Source: a bacterium
GTDB taxonomy: Bacteria; JAAXHH01
Direction: 5' to 3'
Assembly: GCA_965202605.1 (NCBI GenBank)
Contig: OZ241838.1
Location: 905,431 to 969,430 of the forward strand
Length of the DNA: 64,000 nucleotides
The position numbers were made by a program, and so were the translations under genes. The notes under the pieces were generated by a model, which did no database searches, had not been told where the DNA came from, and worked only from the letters and a program-made list of their open reading frames with translations. Below, in pieces: positions 40,137 to 49,874 of the stretch. The number at the start of each line of letters is the position of its first letter. Position 1 is the first letter of the stretch.

Positions 40137-41255
40137 TTACCCCATGGCGCCCGAGTAGTAGATCTTCTCGCCCAGGTCCGTCCAGCCGCTTACGGTCTTC
40201 CGGAAAGCGGTGAAGGACTCGTACACCTTCCTGCTGTCTTCGTCCGTGTCGATCAACTGGGTAATGACTTCGTCCGCGTAGCCCTTGAGGGTCGTAAGCA
40301 CGGCATCCGGGAACCGCCGAAGCTGGACCCCTTCTTCATTGATCATTTTCTGAAGGTACTCGTTGTTTCTGGCGTCGAACTCGGACAGCACCCAGTGGGT
40401 CGACCGGGCCGCCGCGGTTCGGATCACTGTCTGCAGGTACTGCGGCAGTTCCTCGAAGGCGCTCTTGTTTACCATGAGTTCCGTCACGGTTCCCGGCTCG
40501 TGCCAGCCCGGGTAGTAGTAATACTGGGCCGCCCGGTAGAAGCCCATGAGGTAGTCATGGTAAGGGCCGATCCATTCGGTGGCGTCGATGACGCCGCGTT
40601 CCAGGTTGGTGTAGATTTCGCCAACGGGAGACAGAATGGCCGAACCGCCCGCCCGCTTGATCACGTCACCGCCCAGGCCGGGTATGCGCATTTTCAGCCC
40701 CTGCAGGTCGTCGGCGGTGTTGATTTCCTTCCTGAACCAGCCTCCCATCTGGAACCCGGTATTGCCTGCGGGCATGGGTATCAGGTTGAAGGGGGCGTAT
40801 ACATCCTCCCACAACTTCATGCCGCCGCCGCTGTAGAGCCAGGCCGTGACCTGCTGCGCGTTCATCCCGAAGGGTACCGACGAGAAGAACTGCGTGGCAG
40901 GCGCCTTGCCCGCCCAGTAATACGCGGCGCCATGTCCCATTTCCGCCACTCCCTGGCTCACCGCTTCGAATCCCTCCAGGGCCGGGATCAGCTCGCCGCC
41001 TGCGTACACCGTAATCTTCATCCTCCCCTCGGACATTTCTTCCACCCATTCGGCGAGCAACCGTGCACTCTCCTGCAGAATGGGCAGGTTCGGCGTCCAG
41101 GTGGTGACCATCTTCCATTCATAGGTCTTGTCCGTGCGGATGGCGGGACCGCCGCCTTCCTGTGCCGATCCGCATCCGGCCATCAACGCGGCTCCGCCGG
41201 CCAATCCGGCCGTCGATGCCGTCTTCAGGAATTCGCGCCTTCTGATCTTGTCCAT
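40137..41255 (-). CDS. dctP: TRAP transporter substrate-binding protein (DctP/TakP-like), Tat lipoprotein
   Basis: RRREFLK twin-arginine, LMAGC lipobox, WKMVTTW, QMGGWFRKEI, LKMRIPGLG and YYPGWHEP. Confidence 0.9.
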   Translation of the reverse strand: MDKIRRREFLKTASTAGLAGGAALMAGCGSAQEGGGPAIRTDKTYEWKMVTTWTPNLPILQESARLLAEWVEEMSEGRMKITVYAGGELIPALEGFEAVSQGVAEMGHGAAYYWAGKAPATQFFSSVPFGMNAQQVTAWLYSGGGMKLWEDVYAPFNLIPMPAGNTGFQMGGWFRKEINTADDLQGLKMRIPGLGGDVIKRAGGSAILSPVGEIYTNLERGVIDATEWIGPYHDYLMGFYRAAQYYYYPGWHEPGTVTELMVNKSAFEELPQYLQTVIRTAAARSTHWVLSEFDARNNEYLQKMINEEGVQLRRFPDAVLTTLKGYADEVITQLIDTDEDSRKVYESFTAFRKTVSGWTDLGEKIYYSGAMG

Positions 41256-41351
41256 CCTTTCCCTCCATGGAACAGGTTGATATCGCGTTCAGTAACAAGT
41301 CCGGCGTGCTGAACCGTGAAACAGGTTCGAATTGAACGCTCAAGCCCGAAA

Positions 41352-42299
41352 CTACATCGTATCGGCAAACAGGCTGCTAACGGATTCCCCGTGGTGTATC
41401 CTGCGAATCGTCTCGGCCAAAAGCGAGGCGACGGAGAGAATCACCATGTTGGGAAGACGCTTGTCTTCGCCTATGGGTACCGTGTTGGTCGTGACGATCT
41501 CGTCGATATGGGAACAGGCTTTGAACCGCTCGACAGCCCTTCCGCTGAATATACCGTGCGTACAGGCGACAGACACGTTCTGCACGTCCCTTTCTTTCAA
41601 TCGCTCGATCAGTTCGATAATGCTGCCGCCCGTCGCAACCTCATCGTCCATGATGATGGCGTTCTTTCCGGTAACGTCGCCCACGATCATGTCGATTACG
41701 ACCTTCTCGTCCGAAATTCGGCGCTTGTTTCCCGCAGCCACGGGCAACATCAGCTGCCGCGCAAAATGAGCGGCGTTCTTGGCATTGCCCAGGTCCGGAG
41801 ATATGACAACGGTGTTGCTCAGATCACGCTGCTGAAAGTGTTGCGCCAGGACCTTGATCGCATTCAGGTGATCCACCGGGATACTGAAAAAACCGTGAAC
41901 CTGCGGTTGATGCATTTGCAGTGTGAGAATGCGGTTGGCTCCGGCCGTTCCCAGCAGGTCGGCTACCAGGCGTCCCGCGATGGATATGCGGGGCGCGTCC
42001 TTCTTGTCGGATCTCGAGTAGGAGTAATAGGGAAGCACGGCAGTGGTGCGCGCCGCCGACGCCCCCCGCGCGGCGTCCAGCATCAACAGCAGTTCCACCA
42101 GGTTTTCCTGCACAGGAGGTCCCAGGGGCTGGATGATGTAGACATCACCTTCCCGGCAGTTCGCATTCAACTGGACCTGGAGGCAATCATTGCTGAATCG
42201 CGTCAGGGTACTGGCTTTCAGCGGTACGTTCAGATAGTGGCATACCTCTTCCGACAGGGCAGGATGGGAAGAGCCGCTGAATACCACGATATTGTTCAT
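41352..42299 (-). CDS. prs: Ribose-phosphate pyrophosphokinase
   Basis: FSGSSHPAL, YYSYSRSDKK, SPDLG, DDEVATGGS and ACTHG. Confidence 0.92.
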   Translation of the reverse strand: MNNIVVFSGSSHPALSEEVCHYLNVPLKASTLTRFSNDCLQVQLNANCREGDVYIIQPLGPPVQENLVELLLMLDAARGASAARTTAVLPYYSYSRSDKKDAPRISIAGRLVADLLGTAGANRILTLQMHQPQVHGFFSIPVDHLNAIKVLAQHFQQRDLSNTVVISPDLGNAKNAAHFARQLMLPVAAGNKRRISDEKVVIDMIVGDVTGKNAIIMDDEVATGGSIIELIERLKERDVQNVSVACTHGIFSGRAVERFKACSHIDEIVTTNTVPIGEDKRLPNMVILSVASLLAETIRRIHHGESVSSLFADTM

Positions 42300-42415
42300 G
42301 TATCCATCTCTGTACGCACGACCCGATTCAGCCCGAGGCGACCTGGGGCCATGTTGCGGGAGCCACTGTAATCAAGACGTCCGGACGAGCCGTGTCAAGT
42401 AGAATATCCGCCCTG

Positions 42416-44185
42416 TCACGGCGAAGAAGCGATCACCACCAGGTGCCTGGACGCCGTCAGTCTGTTGAGCGTGGGCAGCATTTGTTCGACGTACAGAATG
42501 TAAGGACCCACGGGCAGCCGGCGTCCGTGCTGGTCCGTCCCGTCCCAGGTAAACACGTGACGGCTGGCCACGGCGGTCTGATCGATGAGGGTCTTGAGGA
42601 AACGTCCGCTGATATCGAAAACCATTGCGTGGAGAATCCCGTGGGATGCCGGCAGATCGACCGTCACGAGGCAGATATCTTCGTGGTTGTCGCCATCCGG
42701 GGAGAATGGATTGTTGCTCAGGTGCAGGGAGACGCCGTCCGGGATACGGGTGACGTACAGCGAGTTCCTTTGTCCCGGTGTGCCGCCCGGATTTGCGGCG
42801 GAAGGTCCCCAGACCTGAGGATCGAAGTCCGGGTTCACCAGTTCCGCCGAATAGCCCGCGTCCGGACTTGTTTCCTCGTCGTAGCCCCCCGCATGGACTA
42901 CATTTCCATCGCCGTCCAGCAGCAGAACGCGCGCGCCGCTGTTCCGCAGTCTTTCCCATCCGCCGCGGGGTTCGAGCACCCGTCCGTCAAATGCGGGATA
43001 GGATGCCCTGAACTGGACGATATCATGCGCTATCACGAGATACCCATGGCTTTCGAGCGCGAGATTGCCATCGGAAATGACGCGCGCCTTTTCCAAGTGA
43101 TCCAGCCGCAATGACCATCCCTTAAGATCAACTTCATGGCTCCCGCCGTTGTATAGCTCAATCCATTCCGACCGGTTGGAACCGGGATTGTACATGATTT
43201 CATTGATAAACACGTTGCCCTCCGATTGGCCGGGGCCTTGCGGTTCTCCCGGTTCTATTGGCACCGATGGTTCCTCGGGTTCCTCCGGTCGCGCCGGCTC
43301 CTGCGGTTCAGCGGGTACCTCGGGCTCTTCGGGCTCGGCTGGCACTTCGGGCTCTGTAGGCTCTTCGGGTTCCACAGGTTCCCCGGGTTCGTCCGGCTGC
43401 GCCGGCTCCTGCGGTTCAGCGGGTACCTCGGGCTCTTCGGGCTCGGCTGGCACTTCGGGCTCTGTGGGTTCTTCAGGCTCGACCGCATCTCCGGGTTCCT
43501 CCGGCACCTCGGGTTCTTCAGGCACTTCCGGTTCCTCGGGCTCGGAAGGCTCCGTTGGTTCTTCCGGCTCCTCCGGCTCCGGTATTGCGGGGGGATCGCT
43601 TGCCGTGCTGTTCCTGAACCCCGGAGTCGATCCGTCCGGATGCATGGACGGTGAAAGGTTGGGTTCATCCGCGGGAAGGTCGAACCTCATTCGCTCCCAT
43701 GACACGCCGTTTCCACCCGCTGATTCGGTCCACTCAAACTGGTCTATCGTAAAGTCGTCTTTCTTGATGAAAACCAGGTCTTTGCTGTTTCCGAGACCAT
43801 TGCCCAGCGTGCGGTCTCCTTTTATCGTCAGCATCAGGAGACGCGCGGGATCACCGGCCGCAACGGCCCGGTCGCCGTATGCTCCGTCATAATCCGGATC
43901 TACGACGAGCGCGTATGCGCCGGGTTCCAGGACAGTACCCGCAAGACCAACATCGTGCGGACCCGTATAGTCCGTAATCGTATCGTTTACGTCCCTGGAA
44001 TCTCCGAGTGACCAACCGTCGAGGTCTACCGGTACATCTCCCGTGTTGTGAAGTTCCACGAATTCGCCCCTGGATTCAGATACCGGGTCGGCCAGGACCT
44101 CGGTTATGACGATTTCCGTACCCGCGGCTTTCCCGGCGAAGTAAAGACATAGACCCGCGATGGCAATATGACGTTTTCGTATCAT
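42416..44185 (-). CDS. Secreted protein: two lamin-tail domains, Pro/Glu-rich linker, C-terminal FlgD/T9SS-B-like domain
   Basis: Signal peptide from ATG 44185; IVITEVLADP...EFVELHN and VFINEIMYNP...EWIELYN; TPGxRNS; NPFSPDGD...WDGTD...G.Y. Confidence 0.78.
   Translation of the reverse strand: MIRKRHIAIAGLCLYFAGKAAGTEIVITEVLADPVSESRGEFVELHNTGDVPVDLDGWSLGDSRDVNDTITDYTGPHDVGLAGTVLEPGAYALVVDPDYDGAYGDRAVAAGDPARLLMLTIKGDRTLGNGLGNSKDLVFIKKDDFTIDQFEWTESAGGNGVSWERMRFDLPADEPNLSPSMHPDGSTPGFRNSTASDPPAIPEPEEPEEPTEPSEPEEPEVPEEPEVPEEPGDAVEPEEPTEPEVPAEPEEPEVPAEPQEPAQPDEPGEPVEPEEPTEPEVPAEPEEPEVPAEPQEPARPEEPEEPSVPIEPGEPQGPGQSEGNVFINEIMYNPGSNRSEWIELYNGGSHEVDLKGWSLRLDHLEKARVISDGNLALESHGYLVIAHDIVQFRASYPAFDGRVLEPRGGWERLRNSGARVLLLDGDGNVVHAGGYDEETSPDAGYSAELVNPDFDPQVWGPSAANPGGTPGQRNSLYVTRIPDGVSLHLSNNPFSPDGDNHEDICLVTVDLPASHGILHAMVFDISGRFLKTLIDQTAVASRHVFTWDGTDQHGRRLPVGPYILYVEQMLPTLNRLTASRHLVVIASSP
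43240..43590 (-). repeat. PE-rich coding repeat containing a 108-bp-period duplication
   Basis: 67 identical nt at 43291-43357 and 43399-43465; the protein reads (E)PEEP(T/E)... Confidence 0.85.
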
Positions 44186-44378
44186 GATGATGAGGTCCCT
44201 TTGTTGAATGGTGACGTGTGTTCGTCGGCTTCGATATCTGTCTGACCCAATCAGTCGGAAAGTCGTGATGTATCTCGTTTTTGTATTGACATTGTCGGAT
44301 GCCCTTGCGTTACATGCGATGGGCCGATACACGATACACGGCCGTCGGGAACGTCTCAGCCGCCGGGAACATCATCTC

Positions 44379-45476
44379 ATGTCAGACCTGCGAAGAACCG
44401 CGCTCTACGAACGCCACCTGGACCTGGGCGCGCGGCTGGTGCCGTTCAGCGGCTGGGAGATGCCGGTTCAATACAGGGGCATACTGGCCGAACATCACGC
44501 GGTACGCGGGGCCGCCGGTCTCTTTGATGTTTCCCATATGGGGCGGGTGGAGATCCACGGGCCGGATGCCGTGGCCTTCGTGAATCATATCACGGTAAAC
44601 GACGTCGAACGGCTGAAGCCCTATCGGTCCCAGTATACGCTGGCGTGCAGAGAGAACGGCGGCGTCATCGATGATTTCCTGGTTTATCGTATGCCGGACC
44701 GGTTGCTGATCATTCCCAACGCGGGCAATAGAGAAAAGGACCTGGACTGGTTTCGCAGGTCGGCCTCCGCCTTCGACGTCGAGGTCCGGGACCTGAGCGA
44801 AGAGACCATGCTCGTCGCCCTGCAGGGTCCTGCCAGCGAGGCGATCCTGAACCCCCTGGCGGAAGCCGAACTGGATACGCTCGGATTCCAGGGTTTCGTT
44901 GAAACGCGTATCGGCGGTACTGAAGCCAGGGTATTTCGTACGGGATACACGGGAGAGGACGGCTTCGAAATCTGGTACCCGGCGGAGCAGGCGGCCGCTT
45001 TATGGGACCTCCTGCTCGAATCCGGCGCTTCACGCGGTCTGGCGCCATGCGGGTTGGGGGCGAGAGATACCCTTCGGCTGGAGGCCGGACTTGCGCTGTA
45101 CGGTCACGAGATCGACGAATCGATCAATCCGATCGAAGCCGGCCTGGGATGGACGGTCAGGCTGAAGAAACCGGGATTTATCGGCCGGGACGCCCTCCTG
45201 GGTGTCCGGCGTGAAGGCGTGAAGCGGAAGCTGGTGGGACTGAGATTGCTGGAACGGGGGATACCCCGGCAGGGTTATGAAATCCTCCACGACCGGGTCC
45301 CGGTTGGCCGGGTCGTCAGCGGAGCCATCTCACCCACGCTGGGCCACGGGATCGGGACTGGATTCGTGCCCGTCGACCTGGCGGAGCCCGGAACGGGCGT
45401 GGCGATCGGAATCAGAGGCAGGCACATCCCCGCCGAAGTGGTGAAACCGCCCTTTTATACCGGCAGCAGAAAGTAG
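44379..45476 (+). CDS. gcvT: Glycine cleavage system aminomethyltransferase T
   Basis: RTALYERH, FSGWEMPVQY, LFDVSHMG, RTGYTGEDGFE and GLGARDTLRLEAG. Confidence 0.95.
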   Translation: MSDLRRTALYERHLDLGARLVPFSGWEMPVQYRGILAEHHAVRGAAGLFDVSHMGRVEIHGPDAVAFVNHITVNDVERLKPYRSQYTLACRENGGVIDDFLVYRMPDRLLIIPNAGNREKDLDWFRRSASAFDVEVRDLSEETMLVALQGPASEAILNPLAEAELDTLGFQGFVETRIGGTEARVFRTGYTGEDGFEIWYPAEQAAALWDLLLESGASRGLAPCGLGARDTLRLEAGLALYGHEIDESINPIEAGLGWTVRLKKPGFIGRDALLGVRREGVKRKLVGLRLLERGIPRQGYEILHDRVPVGRVVSGAISPTLGHGIGTGFVPVDLAEPGTGVAIGIRGRHIPAEVVKPPFYTGSRK

Positions 45477-45486
45477 CAGGAATCTA

Positions 45487-46458
45487 TCAAGTCGTATACC
45501 ATCCGTTTTCCTGCAGAAACCCCCATACTTCATTCGCAGCAGGCAGTCCTTCGACCGCACCGGGCGTACCGATTTTGATGGCTGCCGCGGCATTGGCGAA
45601 CGCTGCCATCTCTTCCAGGGTCCCCTTGGCAAGGTAACTGTAGAGCAGGCCGCTGGCAAAAGCGTCCCCTGCGCCTACCGTGGAGCCGGCCCTGGAATGG
45701 AACGCGGGCTGCTCGACCATGCGGTCTCTGGAGGCCAACAGGCAGCCGCGGTCGCCCATCGTCACCGCCACGACCCCGATACCCGCCTCGAGCAGATCCC
45801 CGGCGGCGTCATGAGCTGACTCCCGGCCGGTGAACTGTTCCGCTTCCACATAATTCGAAATGATGATGTCCGTGTGCTCCAGGGCCTCGTGCGCGCGGGA
45901 TTCCAGCGCGGGATTCAGCCAGTATTTGCCCAGACCGAAGGCTACCGTCCCGCCACCCTCGCCCGCGGCAGCCATCGCGTCGAGCATGTTCCTGCAGGTC
46001 GATTCGTCCTCGGTCAGCACATGGCCGGTAAGGTACAGGACGCGCGCGGACCGGACAAAGTCGTCCGCCAGGCAGTGGGCGGGTATGGTCCTGGGCCCCG
46101 GACATACATAGAACGCGTACTCGCCGTCCGGCGTCTCGAACATACAGGCCAGGGAGGTCGCCTGTCCCGTCATCACGTGGAGACGGGACAGATCTACGCC
46201 TGCGGCCCGCATGCGTTCCGTGAACCGGGCACCCGGCGCGTCGTCGCCGATTGCGCCGGCAAAGGCCGCGCGAGCCCCGAGCCGGGCGACGCCCAGGGCG
46301 ACGTTGGCCGCCGCGCCTCCCGGGCCCACGTGACAGGCATCACCGACGACGCCGATTGCCCTTGCGCCGCCCGCCCGCAGGTCCGGATGGCGCGGCACCC
46401 GCATCCAGACGTCCAGGTTGCCGTCTCCCACGGACAGTACGTCCAGTTCACGCTTCAT
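45487..46458 (-). CDS. PfkB family carbohydrate kinase
   Basis: GGAAANVALGVARLG, IGDD, VTMGDRG and STVGAGDAF. Confidence 0.88.
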   Translation of the reverse strand: MKRELDVLSVGDGNLDVWMRVPRHPDLRAGGARAIGVVGDACHVGPGGAAANVALGVARLGARAAFAGAIGDDAPGARFTERMRAAGVDLSRLHVMTGQATSLACMFETPDGEYAFYVCPGPRTIPAHCLADDFVRSARVLYLTGHVLTEDESTCRNMLDAMAAAGEGGGTVAFGLGKYWLNPALESRAHEALEHTDIIISNYVEAEQFTGRESAHDAAGDLLEAGIGVVAVTMGDRGCLLASRDRMVEQPAFHSRAGSTVGAGDAFASGLLYSYLAKGTLEEMAAFANAAAAIKIGTPGAVEGLPAANEVWGFLQENGWYTT

Positions 46459-46540
46459 CGCTTCACCTGGAAACCGGGCCAACCGGACCGCAGGATGAGG
46501 CTCGTAACCGTATGGTCATGGCCCTGTCCGATCCTTGTGG

Positions 46541-47287
46541 TCACGGGAGGAGTTCCGAACTGTGCACCGAAGGGCACCAGTGCTTCTCGATAAAGGAAAC
46601 CACCAGTTGCGTGCCTTCTTCATGACTGACGTAGGGCGGCATCGCGGGATTGTACATGGTGTCGGTGAGATCGCGGACCAGCGCCACGGGAACGTCCCAC
46701 CGGACCATCTGCTTTATGCCGAAGCTCCGGTGCAGGACGCACATGTTGGTATGCACGCCCATCATCAGCACGTGGCGGATGCCGTAGTGATGTAAACAGG
46801 CATAGATCTGTGCGCCGTTGTCGGAAATCAGGTCTCTTTCCTGGTCGATGACGATGTCCGGATGCTGCCGGGACCAGGCACTGAAGGTCTCCGTTTCGCC
46901 CGTATCCGCGCCTTCGTCTGATGCGTCCACGGGGAGAGGAGGATCCGGTAGATCGAGATCCGGCGGTGTATCCACGGAGGGCACGGACTCGGCTCTCTTC
47001 CGGGCCGGCGTATCCCTGTAGAAATCCAGCGTATCGGACGGGGCGTGGACAATCAGCACGCCGCGGGACCGGCAGGCGGCCGTGACTTCGTTCATCCGCG
47101 GGGTCAGCGCGTTCAGCCGCTCGACCGCGCCGCGGCACCAGTGGGAATCCCAGACGTCGCACAGCAAAAGCGCGGTACGCTCCGGTTCCCAGACTGTATC
47201 TGTCGTGATCGAGCTCCACACGGAAAAGCCGTTGTCGCGCACCAGTTCCTGGCGGCGCAGTTTCAGGTCAAGCCGGTCGTCTGCCAT
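46541..47287 (-). CDS. Isochorismatase/nicotinamidase-like cysteine hydrolase
   Basis: ALLLCDVW and MGVHTNMCV (catalytic Cys). Start placed at ATG 47287. Confidence 0.75.
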   Translation of the reverse strand: MADDRLDLKLRRQELVRDNGFSVWSSITTDTVWEPERTALLLCDVWDSHWCRGAVERLNALTPRMNEVTAACRSRGVLIVHAPSDTLDFYRDTPARKRAESVPSVDTPPDLDLPDPPLPVDASDEGADTGETETFSAWSRQHPDIVIDQERDLISDNGAQIYACLHHYGIRHVLMMGVHTNMCVLHRSFGIKQMVRWDVPVALVRDLTDTMYNPAMPPYVSHEEGTQLVVSFIEKHWCPSVHSSELLP

Positions 47288-47352
47288 GACAAGGTTCCTT
47301 TCTCGATCGAACTGCTTTTGCGAATAACGAATCCGGTGCCGTCCGATCCGTC

Positions 47353-49059
47353 TTAAAGAAAATCCAGGTCGGCGCCCAGGTGGGCGGGAAGGACGTGTTC
47401 GGCGTACAATTTGCGCCATCCCCGTTCCGGGGTCGCGGGAGGGACGTATTCGGCCTTTCGCCGCGCCTGTTCCTCCGCCGGCACGCACAGGTCGAGCCGC
47501 CGGTTCTCCACGTCGAGTTCAATCTCGTCGCCATCCCTGACGAGCGCCAGCGGACCGCCGGCGGCGGCCTCGGGGCAGCAGTGCAGCACGACCGTACCGT
47601 ACGCCGTCCCGCTCATCCGCGCGTCGGAAACGCGTACCATGTCCGTAACGCCTTTCCTCGCCAGGTAGGCCGGGATGGGCAGCGAACCGGCTTCGGGCAT
47701 GCCCATGGCGACGGGACCGGCGTTCCGCATGACGAGCACGTGATCGGGGGTGAGTCCCAGTTTCGGGTCGTCGATCCGCGCCGCCACGTCGTCGGGCGAT
47801 TCGAATACGGCGGCCGGCCCCCGGTGGCGTTGCCGGTCCATCGCCGCCGCGGCCCGCTTGATCAACGCGCCTTCGGGCGCCAGGCTGCCGCGCAGGACGA
47901 CCAGCGCGCCGGGGGGACCGATGGGGTTTTCCAGGGTGCCGATGGTATCCTGCCAGTCGGCCGGCTGAGGTGTGTCGGCCAGGATCTTCCCGAGCGTCAC
48001 GCCGTTCACATTTACGGCGCCCGGATCCAGCCTGGACTCGAGGGCCTTCCACAGTACAGGGAGGCCGCCCGCCTTGTGAAAGTCCTCCATGTATCCGGTA
48101 CCTGCAGGTTTGCAGTTCACCAGCACGGGCGTTTCCCGTGCCGCCTCGTGGATGTCTTCCAGCGTGAGGGCGACTCCGGCGCGTCGGGCGATGGCGATGA
48201 GGTGGATCACGGCGTTGGTGGACCCGCCCAGCGCCGCGAGCACGGTCGCCGCATTGTCGAACGAAGCCTTGTTGAGGAACTTGAGCGGGTCTTCTCCGCC
48301 TTTGGCCAGTTTGACGATGCGCCTCCCCGTCATTACCGCCTGCCTGAGCCGGTCACCTGATCCGGAAAGGGGGGTCGCTCCACCGGGCAGCATCAGTCCC
48401 AGCGTCGCCGTGAGGCAGGCCATGGTAGAGGCCGTACCCATGACCATGCACGTTCCGCCCGTGGAGCACAGGGCCTGTTCGATTTCACCGATCTCTTCCC
48501 GATCGATCTCGCCCGCCCGGTGCCGGAGCCAGTACCGCCGGCAGTCCGTGCAGGCGCCCAGGCGTTCGCCCTGCCAGCTCCCCGTACGCATGGCGCCGGT
48601 CACCAGCGAGATCGCCGGCACGCCGGCCGAAACGGCGGCCATCAACTGGGCCGGCACGGTCTTGTCGCAGCCACCCAGCAGTACGACGCCGTCCATCGGC
48701 TGCGACCGGATCATCTCCTCCGTACCCATGGCCATCAGGTTGCGAAAGAGCATGGAAGTGGGCGAGAGCAGCGTTTCGGCCAGGGAGATCGTGGGAAATA
48801 CCAGGGCGAGACCGCCCGCCTGGGCTACCCCGCGCCTGACGCCTTCGACCAGCGGCGGCATATCACGGTGGCACGTGTTGTAGTCCGATGACGTGTCCGC
48901 GATGCCGATGACCGGCCTGTTGAGGTCTTCGCCGTCATAGCCCGCGGAAGCCAGAAACGCCCGCCTGAGGTAACGGCTGAATTCCGTATCGCCGTACCGG
49001 GTCAGGTTCTTGTCTATTCCGGGCGGACCGGACCGCCCGATCAACTCAGTAGGCTCCAT
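47353..49059 (-). CDS. IlvD/Edd-family dehydratase (probably the sugar-acid/pentonate type)
   Basis: GGCDKT, GTCMVMGTASTM, GGSTNAVIHL, SDARMSGT and PEAAAGGPL; PTSMLFRNL resembles AraD/XylD-type members. Confidence 0.88.
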   Translation of the reverse strand: MEPTELIGRSGPPGIDKNLTRYGDTEFSRYLRRAFLASAGYDGEDLNRPVIGIADTSSDYNTCHRDMPPLVEGVRRGVAQAGGLALVFPTISLAETLLSPTSMLFRNLMAMGTEEMIRSQPMDGVVLLGGCDKTVPAQLMAAVSAGVPAISLVTGAMRTGSWQGERLGACTDCRRYWLRHRAGEIDREEIGEIEQALCSTGGTCMVMGTASTMACLTATLGLMLPGGATPLSGSGDRLRQAVMTGRRIVKLAKGGEDPLKFLNKASFDNAATVLAALGGSTNAVIHLIAIARRAGVALTLEDIHEAARETPVLVNCKPAGTGYMEDFHKAGGLPVLWKALESRLDPGAVNVNGVTLGKILADTPQPADWQDTIGTLENPIGPPGALVVLRGSLAPEGALIKRAAAAMDRQRHRGPAAVFESPDDVAARIDDPKLGLTPDHVLVMRNAGPVAMGMPEAGSLPIPAYLARKGVTDMVRVSDARMSGTAYGTVVLHCCPEAAAGGPLALVRDGDEIELDVENRRLDLCVPAEEQARRKAEYVPPATPERGWRKLYAEHVLPAHLGADLDFL

Positions 49060-49156
49060 GGCTGCTCCAGGTGGCGCATCAACTCAGTAGGCTCCATGGC
49101 TGCTCCAGGTGGCGCATCAGCTCAGAAGGCTCCATGGCTGCTCCAGGTGGCGCATC
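49040..49156. repeat. 38-bp tandem repeat, 3 copies, spanning the PhyH stop / IlvD start overlap
   Basis: atcaactcagtaggctccatggctgctccaggtggcgc at 49040 and 49078 (identical) and at 49116 (2 mismatches); no spacers. Confidence 0.95.
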
Positions 49157-49845
49157 CGCCTGGCCGTTGCGGTGCCGCGCATGATATCCCAATGCAGTTC
49201 CTCGCGGGATGCCGGGAGCCTGCGCCTGAGAAAGGCCTGCTCTGTTTCCGTACGGCAGACGGAACAGGCCAGGATGTTCAGCATGCGCCTGCGATTCCCG
49301 CCGCCAAGGGCGTTGTGCAGCGTCATCTGGTTGAACACGATGACGTCGCCGGGCTGGTTGTCCGACACCACGCAGGGAACCTTCTCCATGCCGACGCCCC
49401 AGAGCGCGTGGGTATCGAGATTGCCCTGCCATCCCTGCCGGTGGGAACCCGGCACGAGTCGCAGGGCCCCGGTATCCCGGGTCAGTGGATCGAGATACAT
49501 CGCCCACTTGACCTGGACTACAGGGTCTCCATGGCAGTCGGGATGCCACAGACTGTCCCCGACGTACATCTCGCCGCCGCTGCCCAGGTAGTTGTAGTCC
49601 GCCCCCAGCAGGCCGGACAGCAATCCGTCGACCCTGGCGTTGTCAAGCAGCGCGCACAGCCGTTCGCTGCGTTCGATGAAACATCCCAGGCTCGTGCGAG
49701 ACGTACCGTCATGCACGATACCGGCCTTTTCAAACACGCTTTCGAATTCTTCGACGATCCAGGAAACCTCGTCCAGCAGAAGACCGGGAAGGACGAGGTA
49801 GCCGAAGTCGTCGAAAAACCTTTTCTGCCCGTTGCTTAACACCAC
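49117..49845 (-). CDS. Phytanoyl-CoA dioxygenase (PhyH) family protein
   Basis: FFDDFGYLVLPG, WHPD, GALRLVPGSH, PGDVIVF...TLH...RR. GTG 49845 follows AGGAGG. Confidence 0.82.
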   Translation of the reverse strand: MVLSNGQKRFFDDFGYLVLPGLLLDEVSWIVEEFESVFEKAGIVHDGTSRTSLGCFIERSERLCALLDNARVDGLLSGLLGADYNYLGSGGEMYVGDSLWHPDCHGDPVVQVKWAMYLDPLTRDTGALRLVPGSHRQGWQGNLDTHALWGVGMEKVPCVVSDNQPGDVIVFNQMTLHNALGGGNRRRMLNILACSVCRTETEQAFLRRRLPASREELHWDIMRGTATARRMRHLEQPWSLLS

Positions 49846-49874
49846 CGCGTGCACCTCCTGGCCGTTACGAGCCG

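Noticed and set aside
43149-43892. Gly/Ser-rich 247-aa plus-strand ORF
   Set aside because: It is the antisense reading of the Pro/Glu linker of the lamin-tail protein.
44186-44378. Glycine riboswitch upstream of gcvT
   Set aside because: The conserved GGAGA...CCGAAG...CTCTCAGG elements are not visible; an Rfam scan would settle it.
49040-49156. CRISPR array (38-bp repeats)
   Set aside because: The repeats are head-to-tail with no spacers, derive from coding sequence, and no cas genes are present.
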